A stretch of DNA of 64,000 nucleotides, taken from positions 18,929 through 82,928 of IMG/VR virus record IMGVR_UViG_3300027896_000024. One strand, 5' to 3'. The position numbers were made by a program, and so were the translations under genes. Below the pieces are notes generated by a model. The model searched no databases. It was not told the origin of the DNA and worked only from the letters and a program-made list of their open reading frames with translations. Within the stretch, counting starts at the first letter, position 1. Each line of letters opens with the position of its first letter. This DNA is from a virus. Positions 56,522 to 64,000 of this stretch are shown piece after piece.

Positions 56522-59500
56522 ATGCCAGAACTTGTATTCGTAGTAAAGGACCAGGGTGGACAGCTTGTACTAAACAGGCTGAACGAACTCGACAAGTCTT
56601 GGAGTAAGGTCGGGGAGTCCGGAAAAAAGTCCATGCAGGAAGGGGAGAAGGCTGCAAGTATGTTCGGCGAGTCCCTGGATGGCATCAAGGACATTGTTGC
56701 AGGTCTGGCATTAACTTTTGGTGGCATGAGTATTGCCAGTCAGATTGAGCACTGGTCGGACAAGCTAATTGGATTCGAAACCGAGTTTGCGAAGGTTACT
56801 ACGTTGTTTGATGCTAGTAGCGGGACTTATGATAACTTGAAGAACCAACTGCTGGACATCGGTGGGGAATTTGGTACTAGTGCGGATCTGGCAAAAGGGT
56901 TATTCGCTACTTTGCAGGCAGGTGTATCGACAGCGGATTCTATGGAGTTCTTGAAACAATCAACTATGCTATCGAAAACGGCGTTTATAGATACCAACAG
57001 TGCCGTGGATCTGTTGAAGGTATCTTTAAACGCTTACGGAAAAACCGTTGACGATGCGGCAGATACTTCTGAGACGTTGTTCCGTATTATGCGGACGGGT
57101 GGTGGAATAGACGCACAGGAATTGGCTCGGGGTTTAGGGCGTGTAGCCGCGGTAGCGTCTACTTTGGGTGTTCCGTTAACGGATGTGGGCGCGATGATTG
57201 CGACTCTCAAGCAGCAGTCGATTCCGGCAGCCCAGTCAGCAGTAATGTTAACTTCGGTTATGACCAAGATGACAACCGAAGGTAGCAAACTAAACAAGAT
57301 CATGAAGGAATACAATATTGATATATCGAAGGCTCGTATCCAGCAGGACGGATTCGGGGCCGTACTTGCCGACTTAGGACCGTATATCAAGGACGATACG
57401 GACTTAATGTCGGAAATGGGAATCCAGGGTCGTCAGTTGAATGCGTTCTTGTCCCTGACAACGACTTTGTCCGATAAATACAAGGTGAAACTGGAGCAGA
57501 TGGGCGAAGCCGGAAAACACATGGAAGAATCACACGCGAGGATGGAGGAAACACTCGGGGAGAAATGGGAAAAGACTATTAACAATGCCGAGAGGGCAAT
57601 GGACAAGTTCCTCGACGGTGTTGGATTCCTGAAACCTATGGTGGACAAGCTGAACGAGACCTTTACTACAGGGCACACTTGGATAAATAAGGTTGCTGCC
57701 GCGGTAATAGGACTGGCACTGGCTTTCGGAACACTCAAGATCGTGACGGTTATTTCTCAAATGTCCATGTTTGGAAATATCCTTGCCGGCCTGCAGCTAT
57801 TCACTATGGTTAGCAGTTTAGCAGATCTCCAGGCAGCGTTCAGTACATTGCTACTCGGTATCAATCCTGTCATTTTGGCTCTGGCGGTGTTGACGGCAGC
57901 GGTTATTTACTACAAGGACGAAATTTCGGATGCAATCATAGCGACTGGGCGATGGTTAGGACTTGTTGATCAGCTACCTGTTGTGACTGAGGCCAGTGGT
58001 GCTGCTACAGGGCGTATGGCGGCTCAGTTTGGAGTTTCAGCAGCGAAAATGAAGGAACTAATAACGGCGGGGGACGGTGCCGGGTTAACTCTACGGGAAC
58101 ATGCTAAACAAATTGAGGAAGTCCGTAAAAAGGTGGAAGCGGGAACACTCAGTCAGACGGACTACGAAAAGGCGTTGTTAAGACTTATCAAAACCCGCAA
58201 GATGGATACCGATGCGGAAGATAAGGCCTTCGATGCTATGAACAAAACCGGCAAGTTATCCGCCGAGGAAAAGAAGAAGGCCGAGGAATTAGCCAAAGCG
58301 ATGGAGCAGCTTGCGAATCCTGGGAAGGAGCTTGCGGAGAACCTGTCGTTAATAACTCGGGCCGGAAAGAGCACAACCGACTTTGCCAGGGCGTACAGTA
58401 AGCAGATTGTGGAAGCAGCGGATGCGGCCGACACTCTTAAGTTGTCATTACCGGCTAGTATCAAGGCTTTGTTACCACAGGCTAAGGCATTCGAGGCTAC
58501 AAAGGACAAAGCGAAGGAAGCGGCCGAAGCCGTAAAACAAGAGGCGAAGGACTTCGCGGAAAACCAGAAGAAGGCAGCGGAATTGTTAAAGAACTTGCCT
58601 CTGGTAGCCTTCGGATTCAAAAGTGACGAGATGAAACAGAACTATCAGGCTATGTTTCAACAGATGGTAGTTGTTGATTATCTCTCTGGTAAGTTTCACA
58701 ACATGGCCGAGATCTATGCGGACGCCACCGATAAGTTGAAATGGCTCGATGGTGTTATGGTGAAGAACAATGCGGATATTCGTGCTCAGGCTGAGGCATT
58801 CAAGGAGAGTATTTCCTATACCGGATTGTTGAAAGCGGCATACGAAGAACTCGGAATATCTGCGGATAAGGATCTTAAGAAGGTAATTGATGCTGAGAAA
58901 CGAATTAATGATAATCCGTTCTTGTCAAAGGGAGTGCGTACAGATGCGGTAACACAGGCTGTTCGGGATACTATGAATCAAATGGGCCAGCTAGATTCGT
59001 ATACAAAGAAAGCTCTTGATGACATGGTATTTGGAACCGACGCAGCTGTCCGGGAAAAGATGATTCCTACCTGGATGGACTACCAGCGCAGCTTGAAGGA
59101 TATCAACGGCCAGTTGGCTCCGGAAACGGTTGCTACGTTAACTAAGGTCATGACCGGGACGGATATCGTACTCAAGAAAGAGATGCTCCCGTTGTGGCAG
59201 GAGTATGTGGATTCGATTAAGCTGATATACGGTGGCCAGTTGCCAAAGGATATTGCGAAGATTGACGAGAAACTGAAAAAGCAACTGGGTGATGACGCCG
59301 GAGCAATGGCGGACGCGTTTACGCAAGAGATATCAACGATATTCACGGATTTTAGTAAGGGCGTTGCGGATATGATATTCGACGCGCAGTCTATGTCCGA
59401 TACGATAGTTGGTATCTTTAAAGAGTTTGCGAAGATGGTTGTCAGGACTATTCTCCAGGAAGCTTTCAAGCCTGTTGAGAAAGGCCTCCAGGATATCATC

Positions 59501-61816
59501 AAACAGATTTTCTCGACTGCGAATGCGGCTAAAAAAGTAACCGACACAGGTACGACAACTGGAACGTCGGGTGGTACACTTACGCCTCTTGGAAAGGACT
59601 ACGGCAGCGTACTCCAGGGTAGCTTAGGAGACTGGACTCAGGCAGCTACGACGGAAGGTTCGTCAACATCGAATGCAGCTTCGGCGACTACGACTAAGGG
59701 TCTTGCTGGATGGCTTTCCAAGATATCGGGAGGGAAGACAGGTGAAGGCACAGGGTTCGGTGGTATATTCGGATCCGAGGGTAGCTGGGGTGACTTCGGT
59801 GGAACAGCAGCGGGCGGCGCGCTACAGATGGGGGCGTTCGCTGGTGGTACCATGGCATTCATGGACTCGCTCAAGTCCAAGGGTGTTAAAGGCTGGCTTG
59901 AGGCTGTTGGGGGAGGTGCAGCAATAGGGACCGCTATTCTACCTGGTATTGGTACACTTATCGGGGCCGCAGCAGGAACTATTGTACATGGTATCGAGGT
60001 AGCGATTAGGGGTATTATCGGAAAGAATGCGTACCAAGCAGGGGCCGGTGAAGTGGGCCGAGACTTTGGTGGGGTATCTGCCAGTGAGGATGACCTGAAG
60101 AAGTTTCTTGATAACATGGGAATCGCAGAGGATAAGGCTTACGCCATCCGTAAAGATATTCTATCGAGTCCGCAGTCACTAGTTAACTTCATATACCCGA
60201 TGGCTCAGGCTCAGGGAAAGACAACGGAATTCCTAGCCTCACTGGAGAAGGTACAAACGGCTTGGGGAACGTTCGATTTTAGAAAGGCATTCGACCTGGG
60301 TAACCTTACAGGGGACTGGACGGAATTGGATAAGGCTTACAAAGCAGCGTTTCAGGATTCTGCGGCTTTGAATCAGAACGTCCCCGATTGGCAGGATAAG
60401 CTCTTGATGTTGGGTAATGCTACAAAGGAGGTAGCAAAGAGCTTCCAGGATCTGTATAAGACATTCGTTGATTCTGGTGAAGTGAGCCAGGAATTGTCGG
60501 ACTTCGTTTCGAAGAACAGAACGGATCTTGATAAGGCGGCTAAGTCGTCTGAGATGTTTGCGGACGAGCTAGCCAAGGTGGACGCGGTTATTAAGGCTTT
60601 GGGTGAACATGCCAGTGAGCTAGCCGTATTTAAAACCCTGAAGGACGGGTTCCAGTCGCTGGAGGACGGGTTAAATTCATTTAAACCTGCTATGGACGAC
60701 ATGTTTCAAACGTTTATAAACCAGGGCATTATAACGGACCAGCTAAAGGCCAAGATAACGGAGTACGGTGGCGATCTGAAAGCCTTCCAGGATACTGCAG
60801 GGTTGCTTAAGTTGAATAACTACTTTAGTGAGATGGTTCAGCACTTTAAGGATACTGGGGAGATACTACCCGACCTTAGAAAAATGTTTGAACAGTTTGG
60901 AGGTGACCTATCCGTACTTGATCAGGCAGCTGCGATGCCAAATCTCAAGGGCTTGTTAACTTCGATTACCGATCTTAAGCAGGGCTTGAACGATCTGGCT
61001 CCGGATAAGTCTCCGATTCAAAGTGTATTGGAAGGAGACTTTAGTGAGGAAGTTCAGGCACAGCTTGAGGCTATGGGCTTGGATCCGTCCAAGCTGGAAA
61101 AGATAACCGGTATGATTGACTTGATGAAAAAGTTCCAGGATGCCAGGACTGAGTTTGAGAAGACAGGTAAAATTCTACCGGGTGGGATCATGGAACAGAT
61201 GCTGGGCACTTATGGTGGTTCTGCCGGCCTTGCGGCTCTGGATAAGTACAAGCAAGGATTTAACACCGTGACGCCTCAGTTGCTGGATACCATGCAGAAG
61301 AACATGGAGAAAGCGTTCAAGGACGAACGGAAAAACGTTTACGATTATTTGGCAGACATACAGTCAAAGACTCAGACTTCCGTGGACGATATATCCTCGA
61401 AGATTGAGGACCAGTTCCAGTTGGTCAGTACTAACATCGCAACGGCATTCGAGGCCGCAAGGGTATCTGCGGTGGCTGAGATTGACAAGATACTCGCCAA
61501 GATCAAGGAAGCGAATCAGGCGTTTATCGACCTCATTACAAACGTTAACAACGGTGGTACCACAACGACGCCGACTATCCCTGGTGGAACTGGTGGCGAT
61601 GGTGGAGACGGTACTGGAGACAATACCGGAGACAACACCGGGGATGGTAGTAAGCCTTCGCAGCCGGATATTCCAATGGCGAACGCAGTATATGCTCCGG
61701 TGTATAACTTTAGTGGAGCAGTATTTAATGGGTGGGATGACTTCAAGTCTGAGGTTGCGGCCGCTACCGAAGAAGTATATCGGGATGGTGGGTTACAGTT
61801 TCTCAGAAGCAATTAG
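56522..61816 (+). CDS. tape measure protein
   Basis: 1764 aa, helical Ala/Lys-rich, TP901-like N-terminal region, hydrophobic segments. Confidence 0.9.
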   Translation: MPELVFVVKDQGGQLVLNRLNELDKSWSKVGESGKKSMQEGEKAASMFGESLDGIKDIVAGLALTFGGMSIASQIEHWSDKLIGFETEFAKVTTLFDASSGTYDNLKNQLLDIGGEFGTSADLAKGLFATLQAGVSTADSMEFLKQSTMLSKTAFIDTNSAVDLLKVSLNAYGKTVDDAADTSETLFRIMRTGGGIDAQELARGLGRVAAVASTLGVPLTDVGAMIATLKQQSIPAAQSAVMLTSVMTKMTTEGSKLNKIMKEYNIDISKARIQQDGFGAVLADLGPYIKDDTDLMSEMGIQGRQLNAFLSLTTTLSDKYKVKLEQMGEAGKHMEESHARMEETLGEKWEKTINNAERAMDKFLDGVGFLKPMVDKLNETFTTGHTWINKVAAAVIGLALAFGTLKIVTVISQMSMFGNILAGLQLFTMVSSLADLQAAFSTLLLGINPVILALAVLTAAVIYYKDEISDAIIATGRWLGLVDQLPVVTEASGAATGRMAAQFGVSAAKMKELITAGDGAGLTLREHAKQIEEVRKKVEAGTLSQTDYEKALLRLIKTRKMDTDAEDKAFDAMNKTGKLSAEEKKKAEELAKAMEQLANPGKELAENLSLITRAGKSTTDFARAYSKQIVEAADAADTLKLSLPASIKALLPQAKAFEATKDKAKEAAEAVKQEAKDFAENQKKAAELLKNLPLVAFGFKSDEMKQNYQAMFQQMVVVDYLSGKFHNMAEIYADATDKLKWLDGVMVKNNADIRAQAEAFKESISYTGLLKAAYEELGISADKDLKKVIDAEKRINDNPFLSKGVRTDAVTQAVRDTMNQMGQLDSYTKKALDDMVFGTDAAVREKMIPTWMDYQRSLKDINGQLAPETVATLTKVMTGTDIVLKKEMLPLWQEYVDSIKLIYGGQLPKDIAKIDEKLKKQLGDDAGAMADAFTQEISTIFTDFSKGVADMIFDAQSMSDTIVGIFKEFAKMVVRTILQEAFKPVEKGLQDIIKQIFSTANAAKKVTDTGTTTGTSGGTLTPLGKDYGSVLQGSLGDWTQAATTEGSSTSNAASATTTKGLAGWLSKISGGKTGEGTGFGGIFGSEGSWGDFGGTAAGGALQMGAFAGGTMAFMDSLKSKGVKGWLEAVGGGAAIGTAILPGIGTLIGAAAGTIVHGIEVAIRGIIGKNAYQAGAGEVGRDFGGVSASEDDLKKFLDNMGIAEDKAYAIRKDILSSPQSLVNFIYPMAQAQGKTTEFLASLEKVQTAWGTFDFRKAFDLGNLTGDWTELDKAYKAAFQDSAALNQNVPDWQDKLLMLGNATKEVAKSFQDLYKTFVDSGEVSQELSDFVSKNRTDLDKAAKSSEMFADELAKVDAVIKALGEHASELAVFKTLKDGFQSLEDGLNSFKPAMDDMFQTFINQGIITDQLKAKITEYGGDLKAFQDTAGLLKLNNYFSEMVQHFKDTGEILPDLRKMFEQFGGDLSVLDQAAAMPNLKGLLTSITDLKQGLNDLAPDKSPIQSVLEGDFSEEVQAQLEAMGLDPSKLEKITGMIDLMKKFQDARTEFEKTGKILPGGIMEQMLGTYGGSAGLAALDKYKQGFNTVTPQLLDTMQKNMEKAFKDERKNVYDYLADIQSKTQTSVDDISSKIEDQFQLVSTNIATAFEAARVSAVAEIDKILAKIKEANQAFIDLITNVNNGGTTTTPTIPGGTGGDGGDGTGDNTGDNTGDGSKPSQPDIPMANAVYAPVYNFSGAVFNGWDDFKSEVAAATEEVYRDGGLQFLRSN

Positions 61817-61825
61817 GAGCTAACC

Positions 61826-64000
61826 GTGACAGTCGCATATGGTCATTATCGATATTTAGTAGATTGGAACAATGACGGAGACTTCGGGGAAGGTGGCGAG
61901 GATATTTCAGCGTACGTCATCAAAAGCAACTGGAAGCGAGGTAGAGGCTCGGTATCTCCGTTAACCGGCCGCAGCCAATCTGGTAGTGCTACATTGACGA
62001 TTGATAATGCTACCGGATATTTTTCCAAGAAAAATGCGGCTAGTCCGTATTATGGCAAGATGAAACTGGGCCGTAAGGTTCGCATCGAGATGAAGATAGG
62101 TTCCGGTGGCTGGATTACAATGTTCACCGGGGAGCTTGATACAGTATCCCCTGTTGGGGCTGCCCAGCGTAGTGATAACCAGGTGACGTTAACTGCTAAG
62201 GGGATTATTACTCGATTAGGCGATCGAGCATATGTTACTGTTGAGATGCAGGTTGACATCGCGACCGGAGCCGCAGTTGCCCTGGTGTTCGATGCAATAG
62301 GATTTACAGCATACAGTGTGGACACTGGTCAGACTACAATGTCCCGCTGGTGGACTAACGGAAAAGTAGCGGCTTTGGAAGCGATCCGCCAGATAGAGGA
62401 AACCGAACTCGGATTCTTTCTTGAGGGTCGCGATGGTTCTGGTATATTCCAGGATCGTAGTTATCGGTTCACTGGTGATCGTTTAGTATCTCAGGCTTGC
62501 TATACCAACATGGTGGATGGAGCTCCCGCTGGATCATTACGATTCGAAACAATCGAGCCTATAGATAGACGGCAGGACATTTACAATATTGTGGAAGTGG
62601 ATGTCCGAGTGTTCAACAAGACAGAAGATGAAGTCTTGTGGACGCTAGTAAATATTAACGATGACACGAATCCGGGTGGAGCCCCTATACTTATTGCCGC
62701 AGGCGATACTTTCAAGGTTCGCGCGAAGTTTCCGAATCCGACTACACAGAATGGTTGGATTGCAGTTGACGAATGGGGTATTGTTGACCTGCAAGCGAAT
62801 TCGGCTGGAGACGGATCTGGGGACGATTTGACTGAGCTGTTGATACCGGCGGATCCGGTTAAGTACTCGAACGCAATGGATCTGGAATTCCACAATACTA
62901 ATGCTGTTCCTTGTTACATTACCGTATGCGTAGCTCACGGGGTAGCGGTAGTAGAGGGTGACCCGATTCCGATCACCAAGCAGGACGATGACAGCATCGC
63001 GGATATTGGTGAGAAGACTTTTACGTTCCCTGGTAAGTTCGTAACATCCGTTGAGGAAGCAACAGGGTTTGCGGAACATATTCTGAGTATTTCCAAAGAT
63101 GAGATGATGGGTTTAACCGTACAGCTGGACGCGAATGCTAGTGCGGATCATTTGTTGGAGGCTCAGACTCGTCAGGTAAGTGACAGGGTAACCGTAACCG
63201 CCGATGAGAATTCTGGACTATATGTGGATACCGACTTTTTTGTTGAGACAGAGGCTCATTCGGTAGATCACCAGAACGCAAACCGGCATAAGGTTGTATA
63301 TGAACTATCGGAAGCGACAGGGGAAGCTTGGGGACCGCTAAACGTACCTTACGTACCTAAAACCGTACCCAAGCCTCCTGGAGGGGTTTCTCCACACGTT
63401 CCAGACGACCTTTGGACTAACGCAATTAGTAATGGACTCCGGTTGTCTCTGGGGTGCGTAGCGGACAAATGGAATGAGGATATTGACGAAGGTGAGTTCA
63501 GGGCTCAGCTATTTGATGTGGGATTCTCGGCTAGTTCTGTTGACTTGCGTACTGTTGCTGAGGGAGGTACTCTAGCACATGATGGAGTAACACAATGGGT
63601 AGTCACTGGTTTGGCGGCTACTTTTGCCGGTATTGGTTACTTTATTAAGGCAGCATCCGCAGGTCGTTTGTACTTTGCTTTCCGGCTTCATAATTCGGCG
63701 GGTTATTCAGTGTGGAGTGACGGGAACGATACTCCGAACAAAGTTATTGACTATATCGATACTGAGGACGCGGCTAGTTCGGATACTGGACCACCAGCAG
63801 ACTGGGCTGTTATTGTAGTCAAGGGAATAGCTGAAAATACAGTGCGTGTGCGGGCGTCTCGTCCCAAAACAAACGGCCATAAGATATGGTTTGGATTTTT
63901 CCAAATCAAGGACGCTACTACCGGGGCATGGCGAGGACTTAGTGAGGCTTCGGGTGTAGCGGGTTCGTCAACTATACTGTACGACGGAAGCGCCCAGGCA
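61826..64000 (+). CDS. tail tip/baseplate protein, 3' partial
   Basis: AGGAG RBS plus GTG; (M)TVAYGHYRYLVDWNNDGDF...; in frame with the window end and no stop noticed (absent from the ORF track). Confidence 0.7.
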   Translation, partial: MTVAYGHYRYLVDWNNDGDFGEGGEDISAYVIKSNWKRGRGSVSPLTGRSQSGSATLTIDNATGYFSKKNAASPYYGKMKLGRKVRIEMKIGSGGWITMFTGELDTVSPVGAAQRSDNQVTLTAKGIITRLGDRAYVTVEMQVDIATGAAVALVFDAIGFTAYSVDTGQTTMSRWWTNGKVAALEAIRQIEETELGFFLEGRDGSGIFQDRSYRFTGDRLVSQACYTNMVDGAPAGSLRFETIEPIDRRQDIYNIVEVDVRVFNKTEDEVLWTLVNINDDTNPGGAPILIAAGDTFKVRAKFPNPTTQNGWIAVDEWGIVDLQANSAGDGSGDDLTELLIPADPVKYSNAMDLEFHNTNAVPCYITVCVAHGVAVVEGDPIPITKQDDDSIADIGEKTFTFPGKFVTSVEEATGFAEHILSISKDEMMGLTVQLDANASADHLLEAQTRQVSDRVTVTADENSGLYVDTDFFVETEAHSVDHQNANRHKVVYELSEATGEAWGPLNVPYVPKTVPKPPGGVSPHVPDDLWTNAISNGLRLSLGCVADKWNEDIDEGEFRAQLFDVGFSASSVDLRTVAEGGTLAHDGVTQWVVTGLAATFAGIGYFIKAASAGRLYFAFRLHNSAGYSVWSDGNDTPNKVIDYIDTEDAASSDTGPPADWAVIVVKGIAENTVRVRASRPKTNGHKIWFGFFQIKDATTGAWRGLSEASGVAGSSTILYDGSAQA

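Noticed and set aside
1-64000. tRNA genes, integrase, reverse transcriptase, RtcB ligase, endolysin
   Set aside because: None was recognised by eye in this window. They may lie outside it, and tRNAscan/HMM searches are needed to confirm absence.

Overview
This window is a 64 kb segment of a large tailed (siphovirus-like) bacteriophage genome, encoded almost entirely on the + strand. In order it holds: (i) the end of a DnaX-like clamp loader, an HTH gene and queC; (ii) a self-contained ~10 kb transcription unit (sigma70-type promoter 1812-1840, terminator ~11900-11951) with a ~640 nt structured leader and about 20 small accessory genes; (iii) a replication/recombination and DNA-modification block (SNF2 helicase, sigma-like factor, queD, queE, folE, DpdA-like transglycosylase, sliding clamp, UDG-PolA fusion, SSB, RecA, SbcD/SbcC, NADAR); (iv) morphogenesis genes (TerS, TerL, portal, a 2038-aa MuF polyvalent protein, a glycosyltransferase cluster, scaffold, capsid, tail tube, frameshifted chaperone, tape measure, tail protein). 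The standout is unit (ii). Its genes are separated by 15 copies of a sequence-diverged but structurally conserved element, GCAGAGGG-[hairpin]-TAATGC-NN-[optional hairpin]-stem-TCCCAA-NN-stem'. This matches a circularly permuted twister self-cleaving ribozyme, and the small pseudoknot shows compensatory changes. Copies 2-15 each begin at or within 5 nt of the upstream stop codon, and copies 1-14 each end just before the next RBS. The array is predicted to cut the transcript into gene-sized RNAs, each keeping both halves of a twister at its ends, so circularisation is possible. All assignments were made by eye from motifs; no database searches were run.
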